From NCBI GenBank assembly GCA_963205315.1, contig CAUJIO010000056.1, positions 94,917 to 118,916 of the forward strand: 24,000 nucleotides of DNA, read 5' to 3'. How positions within the stretch are numbered: the first letter of the stretch is position 1; each line of letters opens with the position of its first letter. Under the pieces are notes generated by a model. That model made no database searches. It worked only from the letters and a program-made list of their open reading frames with translations, and was not told the origin of the DNA. This document shows, piece by piece, positions 16,898-24,000 of the stretch. The DNA comes from Pseudomonadota bacterium. GTDB taxonomy: Bacteria > Pseudomonadota > Alphaproteobacteria > Rhizobiales > Aestuariivirgaceae. The position numbers and the translations under genes were made by a program.

Positions 16898-18276
16898 GTT
16901 TGATCTCCTTCGTCATTGGCCAAGCGGCCAGCAAGCAGGCGTGGCCCTGGCTGATCGCTACCTTGCCACGCCTCACACTGGGCGAAGGTGTCGCCGGTCG
17001 CCAGCAGGGTGGCGACACGTCCCGTCATCTGCTGCCAGCGGCGTACCGCAGCATCGACATAATGCGGGTCAATTTCGATGGCGGCGGCGACCCTGCCGGT
17101 CTTCTCGGCCGCGATGATGGTTGTTCCCGATCCACAGAAGGGATCGAGCACTAGGTCGCCGCGCCGCGTGCAGTCCTTGATGGCGTCACCGATCAGGGCC
17201 ACCGGCTTGACGGTCGGATGGATGGCAAGAAGGGAATCCCGGTCGCGGCCAAAGCTGTTGATGCCCGCGTAATCCCAGACATTGGTGCGGTAACGTCCGT
17301 GCCGGCCCAATTCGATGTTGTTGATGTGCGGCACGTTACCCACCTTGTAGACGGCGACCAGTTCATGCTTGGAGCGATAGAGTGATCCCATGCCGGCATT
17401 GGTCTTGTTCCAGACGCAGATGTTCTTGAGCTCACCGTAGATGGAACCCGCGGCAGCGAAGAGGTGAGGCAGGTGGCGCCAATCCATGAACACGTAGTGG
17501 AGGGCACCATCCCTACTGAACCGTGCCGCTAGGCCAAGACTGGTGTTTAGGAAGCCAGTGAACTCGGTATCGGTCATTTCGCCCGATGCCATGGCGAACT
17601 CCCGGTGTTTCACCTGGCCAATCCCGCAGACGTGGCCGTCGATCGGCACGTTGTAGGGCGGATCGGTGATAACGGCTGTCGCCAGTCTTCTTTCGAAGAG
17701 CTGATCGTATGACGCAGGATCGAGGGCGCTCCCACAAAGCAGACGATGGTGGCCGAGGCACCAGATATCGCCGAGAGTCGAAACGGCGGGCACCTGAGCG
17801 TGAAGCGGTGGCAGATCATCCAGCTTTGAAGACGCGGAAGCGGGACCATCAAGCAGCAGATCAACTTCCGCGGTCTCGAAACCGACAGCCTCGAAATCGA
17901 AACTGATGTCGAACTTCGCCAGGAAGTTCAGCTCGCGCGCAAGAATCTCCATATCCCATTCGGCTTTTTGGGCCAGTCGGTTGTCAGCAATCCGAAAGGC
18001 ACGAATCTGTGCGGGCGTGAGATGTGAAATACGAATGACGGGGATGGAGGTCAGGCCGAGCTGGATGGCAGCCCGCCATCTTGCTTCACCGGCGATGATC
18101 TCATTGTCATCATTGACGAGCGCTGGGACGAGAAAACCATGCTCCATGATGTTGCGTACCAACATTTCAATTTGACGCTGAATGTGCCGCCGGGGATTGT
18201 TGGGACTTGGTCTCAGTTGGTCGGGGGAGACATTTTCGATCTGTAGTCGAAGATTGTCGTGGTATATGAGGTTCAT
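16894..18276 (-). CDS. ParB-like nuclease domain fused to a beta-class N6A/N4C DNA methyltransferase
   Basis: LRPSPNNPRRH (ParB/Srx-type N-domain). ITDPPYNVPIDG (motif IV) precedes VLDPFCGSGTTIIAAEKTGR (motif I). The start is uncertain: ATG 18276, ATG 18324 or TTG 18339. Confidence 0.85.
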   Translation of the reverse strand: MNLIYHDNLRLQIENVSPDQLRPSPNNPRRHIQRQIEMLVRNIMEHGFLVPALVNDDNEIIAGEARWRAAIQLGLTSIPVIRISHLTPAQIRAFRIADNRLAQKAEWDMEILARELNFLAKFDISFDFEAVGFETAEVDLLLDGPASASSKLDDLPPLHAQVPAVSTLGDIWCLGHHRLLCGSALDPASYDQLFERRLATAVITDPPYNVPIDGHVCGIGQVKHREFAMASGEMTDTEFTGFLNTSLGLAARFSRDGALHYVFMDWRHLPHLFAAAGSIYGELKNICVWNKTNAGMGSLYRSKHELVAVYKVGNVPHINNIELGRHGRYRTNVWDYAGINSFGRDRDSLLAIHPTVKPVALIGDAIKDCTRRGDLVLDPFCGSGTTIIAAEKTGRVAAAIEIDPHYVDAAVRRWQQMTGRVATLLATGDTFAQCEAWQGSDQPGPRLLAGRLANDEGDQT

Positions 18277-18422
18277 CGAGGTACCCGTTATAAATGTGGG
18301 GACCCGCTTAAGTGCAGTTCCCATACTATTACGGCGCAACTAACTCTGTAACAGAGCGGAATTTCCCACTGGCTCGGAAGTCGTCGGTCGGCGCCTTTGT
18401 CGGTAAGTTTTGCGATGACGGA

Positions 18423-18595
18423 GATGTTGCCCCTCTGAAGATTGCAGACGGGGACAGGCAATCGATTCAAATGGCGAACCATTCATCATTTGGGCAGCGT
18501 TTCACATTGCTGAAGTGGCGGGTATAGGCATCGGGAACTGTCGTACGGACCGGCACGACCGCGTGGGTCGCATGGATGCGGCATAACGCAGCAGC
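18423..18595. repeat. Direct repeat copy A, containing the decayed 3' end of an unidentified gene (minus strand, stop at 18467)
   Basis: By-eye alignment with 19519-19690 gives roughly 85 percent identity over the ~120-bp core. The minus strand encodes ...AVVPVRTTVPDAYTRHFSNVKRCPNDEWFAI*. Confidence 0.7.
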
Positions 18596-18766
18596 GATTT
18601 TGGGTCGACATGGCCTGGGCTGTGACGCTGGATGAGCGTCTCGCTGCGGTCGCAGCTGTAATCGGATGATCCGCTGCTGTTTAATGGCCAGATGCGTGAA
18701 TGGCGCCGGATGCATGAATGAGCATCAAGCTCAGATGTTGTCGCGTTTCGCTGTGTGAATGATCAA

Positions 18767-19186
18767 TCAACAAACCTCCAATGCGGCGTCAGAAAGAAAG
18801 GCTTGAGTCTCCCACAGCCCACGTCTGAATGAAAGAATGTCCAGATCATCTTGCCTGTCCCATTCCACATTGAGAACCTTGCGGACGTACTGAGACGTGA
18901 AGTCTTTCATGATGTCCGGGTGGTTCGCCATGTGTTCGGGGATGTCCTCAAACCAAATATTGAGGCCATAAGGCAGATTGGCTTTCTGACTGCATAGCGC
19001 GAGCCAATACTTTGCCTCCTTGGTTGCGTTGAACAACCGTTGAAACGGTGTTCGATATGACAGCATGAGCGGCCACGCTCGTGCGGTAAGCCGCCGCTGT
19101 GTGCCGATCGCCTCCCAGTGTCTGTTCGCCATTGCGAACTGTACTGCCCGGTCTCGTATCATCCTAACTCGCTCTTTGCGCGTCAT
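18767..19186 (-). CDS. Hypothetical protein (139 aa) between the two repeat copies
   Basis: The ATG at 19186 has GAGG 6 nt upstream (the ORF-track start at 19246 is the alternative). Sequence: MTRKERVRMIRDRAVQF...NIWFEDIPEHMANHPDIMKDF. No family recognised. Confidence 0.45.
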   Translation of the reverse strand: MTRKERVRMIRDRAVQFAMANRHWEAIGTQRRLTARAWPLMLSYRTPFQRLFNATKEAKYWLALCSQKANLPYGLNIWFEDIPEHMANHPDIMKDFTSQYVRKVLNVEWDRQDDLDILSFRRGLWETQAFLSDAALEVC

Positions 19187-19518
19187 ACCGACCTCACTTA
19201 AGACCAGACTTGGGACTTGAGAAACAAGGGCAATGCCAAGTTGCATGGCTCTGGCGATGTCGTCTCGGATTGTCGGGGCACACTTTCCGGTCCGTCAGGC
19301 AAAGACGTTTCGTTTGTAGGCAGAGATTGGCAGGATAAGAGAAATGCATAGGCTCACTCGTCATGGTTTCGGGCACCCATGCGAGACTTTGCCCTTACCT
19401 TAACCGCCGTATTAACCCGTTAACAGAGCCGGACCGCCAAACAGCCATCTTATCCCCACAGGTTCGGGATTGGAGCGCGGTTCGACGTTTGCGGCCACAA
19501 GGTAATCGCAGGAGCAGC

Positions 19519-19690
19519 GATGTTGCCTATTGGAGAGATTGAGTAAGCTGTTGATACCTTCAAACGGCGAACCATTCACCATTTGGGCAGAGTTTCACAT
19601 TGCTGAAGTGGCTGGCATAGGCATCGGGAACTTCGGTATGGATCGGCACCACGGTGTCGGGCCGCATGGCTGCGGCAAAGCGTTGCACGG
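19519..19690. repeat. Direct repeat copy B, containing a start-less 3' gene fragment (minus strand, open 19763-19560)
   Basis: The minus strand encodes ...AEILVIAVQRFAAAMRPDTVVPIHTEVPDAYASHFSNVKLCPNGEWFAV*. There is no start codon upstream and the frame is closed by a stop at 19766-19764. Confidence 0.7.
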
Positions 19691-19931
19691 CAATGACTAA
19701 GATTTCTGCGAAGCGCGTCGCCGCGGAGGCCGAACTGATCGAAATCGCCCGGCAGCTTTCGGATCAGCAGCTCGCGATCGCCATCAAGCAGTTGCATGCG
19801 CTCAAAGAAGGAACGTGAAGCACCAGAAACTGACCCGGCCGTCCGAAGCGAACAGTGGTTTTAGGCAGCCGCAACAATTCCGCTGCACCCTCTGAATAGG
19901 CACACGGTTTGGCGAAGAGGAGGCTCAGTCT

Positions 19932-20093
19932 CTCCCTGATAACCAGAGCTGCCCCCCTGTTCTGACAAATCCGCTCCCTGTTATAAATTGACTGTCGCCT
20001 TAAAGTAAGCCGCTGATATACAAAGGGAAACCGAGAAGTTCACGGGAAATTTGGCTTTGATGTGAGTTCTTCCCTGTATTTCTCCCTGTTATT
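19932..20093 (+). repeat. Array of five same-orientation TCCCTG(T/A)T-type motifs in non-coding DNA
   Basis: CTCCCTGATAA 19932-19942, CCCCCTGTTCT 19953-19963, CTCCCTGTTATAA 19974-19986, CTTCCCTGTATT 20069-20080, CTCCCTGTTATT 20082-20093. Confidence 0.5.
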
Positions 20094-20907
20094 GGTGGCA
20101 CCGGCCAGAGACAGGTTCGCAGCAGTTCGAATCCACCGCCATTAATTCCTTGCATATTCATAAAGTCCTGACATGTTTCCCGAGCCGCGTGAAATGCCCG
20201 CGAAACGGGCCTGCTTTGCGTCGGCTAGCATCGGGATATTCGAACCGCACCAGAGACAACTTGGACTTCTGCGCTCACCTGGCCCGGAATTCTCAGTTCG
20301 GCGTTTCGGCAGTCAAGATCTCCGATGCAAACCATCATGAGTTGATGCAGTTGAGGAAAGTCATGTGCATCGGGTTCCAGAGTGGTTGCCGGTCAACTGC
20401 CTAGCAATTCACCGAAGGCGATAATTTGGTGTTCTCCGCGGACTCATATGCCCGGCGTTCATGGGTCCAAGCCAGATATTGAGACCGGAACGCACGAAGG
20501 CAGCTTCCCTGTTCGAAAGCCGCCTCTTCAATCACCAGGATGATTTTGAGACTTGAACTGCGGGTGCAAACCCCAGGATCTGCCTCTGGCTCGGCCAATC
20601 AAGCGGAAGATCATGAAGCGCCTGCAGCCTGCACGTGTGTTCAATGAGAAGATCATCGCCAACCGCCGCGAGTTCATTGCCAGTGAAATAGCAGCGCTCG
20701 AAGTTGCAGTGATGGATCGTGATGCCCAGCCCGTTACTCTGTAGCGGGCCTCCCCACTGTTGATCATAGAACATGTATGGAGGACGTCTAAAGGAGTTAA
20801 CCCGGTTCGCAGCGAGCGCAATCAATAAGAGAATTTGCCGCGCAGAATGTGAACGAGGCCTGCGGCGAGACCGGCTTTGGGCAATCCAGAAACCGGCCGG
20901 AAAATGA

Positions 20908-21567
20908 CTAAGAAGCCGACTGACCGCGTCTTGGCTGCGATGGTGGCGGAGTGCAGACGACCAGGATGCGTGCGTCTTCCTTGCTTGATGAAGTGTAGTT
21001 ATGTCCCCGGCTGCTGTCGAAATAGATACTTTCGCCTTCCCTCACCGTGGCAGGCGGCGCGCCGTCGAAGTATATTGTGATCTCGCCAGATATCACGTGG
21101 ACGAATTCCTCACCGACATGGCTGTTGAAGCCGGCGAAGTCCGATGGACTATGGGATTTGACAGTGCCGGTAATCGGCACCATGGCTTTGCCCCAGACAT
21201 CGGTGAAAAGGTACTCATAATTGTATTGAGCTGTTTCCTGTCGCCGAAATTTCCCCGTTTCGGCAAGGGCAATGAGCCCTCTGTGATATGTATCGCCCCC
21301 GGACTGGAAGAGGGCGGCAAAGTCGACGCCCAAGCCCCCAGCCAATTGCTGCAGGCGGTCGTAGGTCAATGCCATTTGATTTCGTTCGACTTTGGAAATG
21401 GTCGAGACTGCTAGTCCGGTCAAAGCCGCCACGTCTGACAGGCGCAGGTTCCGCTGAATGCGTAGTTCCTTCAGTCGCTTGCCGAACTCATCGCGCCGTG
21501 CTGCCGGAATGCCGGGAACTGCTTTCGGTTCAGACTTCATGATGAAAACCATATCACGAGTCTTCAT
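20908..21567 (-). CDS. XRE-family HTH plus C-terminal cupin-domain transcriptional regulator
   Basis: FGKRLKELRIQRNLRLSDVAALTGLAVSTISKVERNQ (HTH_3), and the cupin motifs HVGEEFVHVISGEITIYFDG...EGESIYFDSSRGHNY. Confidence 0.85.
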   Translation of the reverse strand: MKTRDMVFIMKSEPKAVPGIPAARRDEFGKRLKELRIQRNLRLSDVAALTGLAVSTISKVERNQMALTYDRLQQLAGGLGVDFAALFQSGGDTYHRGLIALAETGKFRRQETAQYNYEYLFTDVWGKAMVPITGTVKSHSPSDFAGFNSHVGEEFVHVISGEITIYFDGAPPATVREGESIYFDSSRGHNYTSSSKEDARILVVCTPPPSQPRRGQSAS

Positions 21568-21604
21568 TTTCGTATCCGAAAACGCTTGTTTTCCTATACG
21601 AAAA
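21567..21604. promoter_or_regulatory. Imperfect palindrome in the divergent regulator/ABC-transporter intergenic region (candidate operator)
   Basis: TTTCGTATCCGAAAAC (21568-21583), GCTT, GTTTTCCTATACGAAA (21588-21603). 14 of 16 arm positions are complementary. It abuts the regulator start codon. Confidence 0.5.
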
Positions 21605-21670
21605 TTGATGTTATGCGTCGGTGAGAAAAGTCAAGAACCGGCCCATTGATACTGAAAAGGGAGAGTGATC

Positions 21671-22657
21671 ATGAACCGCAAGGAATTTCTCAAGTCAGTC
21701 CTGGCTGCGGCCGGGGCTGCCACGTTTGGCGCGGGCGCAGCCCGGGCCGCTGAACCGCTCAAGATCGCCATTGCCAATTTCGGCGATCACCCGCAGCTCA
21801 ATGCGGCCTGGGAAGGTTTCAAAGCCGAGATCATCGCCGCCGGCTACAAGGAAGGCACCGATGTCACCTTTACGGTCGATCACGTGAACTTCGATGCGAC
21901 CCTCGTGCCGCAGATGCTCACCAAGATTGAAGCGATGAAGCCGAACCTCATTCTGGCCGTCACCACGCCCGTGGCGCAGATGGCCAAGAACCAGCTGGGC
22001 AAGAGCGGCATTCCCATCATCTTTACGGCAGTCACCGATCCGGTGGCGGCGGGCCTCGTTCCCTCGTGGGACAAGGGCGACGAAAACATGACCGGCTCGT
22101 CCGACATGCAGGACTTCGCCGCCACCATCAAGTTCACCCGGCAGCTTCTGCCTGATGCCAAGACCATCGGCGTGCCGTACAATCCGGGTGAGGCCAACGA
22201 CGTGGCCATGCTCGCCAAAATGAAGGAATTGGCGCCGGCGGAAGGCTTCGGTGTGGCCGAGGTCGGCATCGACAATGTCAACGACATCCAGCAGCGCGTG
22301 GCCTCGCTGGCCGGCAAGGCGGACGTGATCTATGTGCCGGGTTCGAACCTGATCCAGCCGGCCATTGCCGCAGTCGCCTCCGCAGCGCTTGCCGCCAAAA
22401 TCCCCATCGTCAACACCGATGACGGCCCGGTGAAGGATGACGTCGTTCCGGCAAGCTTCTCGATGAGCTATGACAAGGTGGGCCGCAACGCCGGCAAGAT
22501 TGCCGTGCGCGTTCTCAAGGGCGAAAAGCCTGCTGATGTGGCGCCCTCCAAGCCTGCCTATGAAGACCATGCGCCTGCCATCTCCAAGAAGGCGGCGGCG
22601 GCCTTCGGCATGGCCATCCCCGACAGCTTCAAGGATTGCGGCTGCATCGTTGAATGA
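21671..22657 (+). CDS. ABC transporter substrate-binding protein (ABC_sub_bind / BMP-like family), Tat-like signal
   Basis: MNRKEFLKSVLAAAGAATFGAGAARA signal, then KIAIANFGDHPQLNAA..., IIFTAVTDPVAAGLV. The ATG at 21671 has GGGAGAG upstream. The ORF-track GTG at 21665 is the alternative. Confidence 0.85.
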   Translation: MNRKEFLKSVLAAAGAATFGAGAARAAEPLKIAIANFGDHPQLNAAWEGFKAEIIAAGYKEGTDVTFTVDHVNFDATLVPQMLTKIEAMKPNLILAVTTPVAQMAKNQLGKSGIPIIFTAVTDPVAAGLVPSWDKGDENMTGSSDMQDFAATIKFTRQLLPDAKTIGVPYNPGEANDVAMLAKMKELAPAEGFGVAEVGIDNVNDIQQRVASLAGKADVIYVPGSNLIQPAIAAVASAALAAKIPIVNTDDGPVKDDVVPASFSMSYDKVGRNAGKIAVRVLKGEKPADVAPSKPAYEDHAPAISKKAAAAFGMAIPDSFKDCGCIVE

Positions 22658-22704
22658 GCCGGACGGGGAGGCTTCCGGGCCTCCCCCACTACCGAGGGAA
22701 TAGC

Positions 22705-23484
22705 GTGTTAGAAGTAAAAGCGGCGCGGCGTTTGTTCCATCGCGGCCAGCCTGACGAGAAGGTTGCGCTCGACGGCCTTGATCTGTCGCTCGCCAGCGGT
22801 GATTTCGCGGTGGTGATCGGCTCGAACGGCGCCGGCAAGAGCACGCTGCTCAACGCCATTTCCGGCGCACTTCTTCTTGATTCCGGTTCCGTTGCCATCA
22901 ACGGCCGGGATGTGACTGCCATGCCGGTGCACCGGCGCGCGGCGTATGTGGCGCGGGTGTTCCAGGACCCGATGAAGGGCACCGCCGCTCCCATGACCAT
23001 TGCCGAGAACATGCTGCTCGCCGAGCTTCGCCACAAGCCGGCGACCCTGTCACGCGGGCTTACAAAAGAACGCCGCGAGTCCTATCGCGAGCAACTCTCC
23101 TATTTGCGCCTCGGGCTGGAGAACCGGCTCGATACGGTCGTGTCCACATTGTCCGGCGGTCAGCGGCAATCGCTGTCCCTGGTGATGGCCGTTTCTGGCA
23201 CGCCCGACATTCTGCTGCTGGACGAACACACGGCGGCGCTTGATCCGCGCACTGCCGATCTCGTGATGGATGCGACCATCCGCGCCGTCACGGCACTCAA
23301 GCTCACCACGCTGATGGTGACACACAACATGAAACACGCGGTCGACTACGGCAACAAGGTGGTCATGCTCGATTCCGGCAAGGTGCGCTTCGAGATGCAC
23401 GGCGAAGAAAAGAAGAATGCCACGGTGCAGGACCTCATTTCGCATTTCTCCATCAAGACCGACCGCATGATGCTGGATATCTGA
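22705..23484 (+). CDS. ABC transporter ATP-binding protein
   Basis: Walker A GSNGAGKSTLLN, signature LSGGQRQS, Walker B ILLLDEHTAALD. The GTG at 22705 has GAGGGA upstream. The ORF-track start at 22654 would overlap the binding-protein gene. Confidence 0.85.
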   Translation: MLEVKAARRLFHRGQPDEKVALDGLDLSLASGDFAVVIGSNGAGKSTLLNAISGALLLDSGSVAINGRDVTAMPVHRRAAYVARVFQDPMKGTAAPMTIAENMLLAELRHKPATLSRGLTKERRESYREQLSYLRLGLENRLDTVVSTLSGGQRQSLSLVMAVSGTPDILLLDEHTAALDPRTADLVMDATIRAVTALKLTTLMVTHNMKHAVDYGNKVVMLDSGKVRFEMHGEEKKNATVQDLISHFSIKTDRMMLDI

Positions 23485-23486
23485 TC

Positions 23487-24000
23487 ATGCTCGCTTCCTT
23501 CATTTCCAGTTTCATCGCGCTGATACCGGTCACCATCGCCCAGAGCCTCATCCTGAGCTTCGTGGTGCTGGCGATCATGATCCCTTTCCGCATCCTGAGC
23601 TTTCCGGATCTCACCAGCGAAGGCGCCTATCCACTGGGCGGGTGCGTCTGCGCCTTGGGGATGATTGCCGGGCTCAATCCGTTCCTCGCAGCGCTGGTCG
23701 CGATGGCCGCTGGTTTTCTCGCGGGTTCCTGCACGGCCTTCATCCATCTGCGCTTCCGCATTCATTCGCTGCTGGCCGGCATCCTGATGATGACCATGCT
23801 TTACAGCGTGAACCTGCGATTGCTGGGCCGTTCCAATCTTCCTGTCTTCAATATCCAGACGATCTATGACTACGCGCCCTCGGCACTGTCCGGGCCTTAT
23901 GCCAAGATCTTCATCGCGGGTCTGGTGGCGATTGCCGCCTATGTGGTGCTGCGTCTCTATTTCCTCACTGAAAAGGGAACGGCGATGCGCGCCGTCGGCG
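23487..24000 (+). CDS. ABC transporter permease (5' part; runs off the right edge)
   Basis: The ATG at 23487 lies 2 nt after the ATPase stop. Translation MLASFISSFIALIPVTIAQSLILSFVVLAIMIPFRILSFPDLTSEGAYPLGG... is strongly hydrophobic and open to position 24000. It is absent from the ORF track because there is no stop in the window. Confidence 0.8.
   Translation, partial: MLASFISSFIALIPVTIAQSLILSFVVLAIMIPFRILSFPDLTSEGAYPLGGCVCALGMIAGLNPFLAALVAMAAGFLAGSCTAFIHLRFRIHSLLAGILMMTMLYSVNLRLLGRSNLPVFNIQTIYDYAPSALSGPYAKIFIAGLVAIAAYVVLRLYFLTEKGTAMRAVG

Noticed and set aside
20125-20134. GTTCGAATCC string (tRNA T-loop-like), plus a second GGTTCGAATATCC on the minus strand near 20233-20250
   Set aside because: The flanking bases do not form a T-stem, acceptor stem or anticodon arm, so there is no cloverleaf. 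At most this is a tRNA 3'-fragment scar, which I cannot demonstrate.
20401-20825. Three overlapping minus-strand ORFs (20401-20598, 20528-20821, 20532-20825) that could be one frameshifted gene
   Set aside because: No family is recognisable, a competing + strand ORF is present (20553-20744), and there are no start or SD signals. It is possibly a decayed pseudogene, but it is unsupported.
21695-22570. 291-aa minus-strand ORF opposite the ABC substrate-binding protein gene
   Set aside because: Its composition is Gly/Arg/His/Asp-rich and unlike a real protein. The + strand frame has a signal peptide and binding-protein motifs. It is a shadow ORF.
1-24000. CRISPR arrays, rRNA genes, intact tRNA genes, an integrase or recombinase gene
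   Set aside because: No regularly spaced repeats, rRNA-like conserved blocks, cloverleaf-capable sequences or recombinase motifs were seen on either strand. Island boundaries therefore cannot be set from this window.

Overview
High-GC window that looks alphaproteobacterial, possibly Rhizobiales (inference from gene content and composition only). It is a mosaic accessory region between ordinary flanks. Left flank (1-4157): copper homeostasis, comprising a partial P1B ATPase, a small Cys/His-rich leader ORF and a divergent CueR/HmrR with a 19-bp-spacer MerR promoter, then a small secreted protein and an L,D-transpeptidase. Centre (about 4.2-20.9 kb), in order: (i) a visibly lower-GC, translationally coupled four-gene minus-strand operon. 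It encodes a Gly-rich small protein, a PfkB-kinase-like/nucleoside 2-deoxyribosyltransferase-like fusion, a stand-alone QueC-like PP-loop ATPase and a SagB-type nitroreductase-fold protein, with an Ogg2-like HhH-GPD glycosylase converging on its 3' end. I cannot assign this set to any named system, and it is my main candidate for something undescribed. (ii) A decayed IS3-family transposase remnant. (iii) A complete QatABCD anti-phage system (KAP NTPase, QatB, QueC-like, TatD). (iv) A prophage remnant (large terminase, DUF5681-type protein, ParB-DNA methyltransferase). (v) A duplicated gene-3'-end repeat pair flanking one small ORF, and a short array of TCCCTG motifs. Right flank (20.9-24 kb): an XRE-cupin regulator with a palindromic operator, and an ABC transporter (binding protein, ATPase, partial permease). 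No rRNA, intact tRNA or CRISPR array was seen. All calls rest on by-eye motif recognition; no database search was possible.
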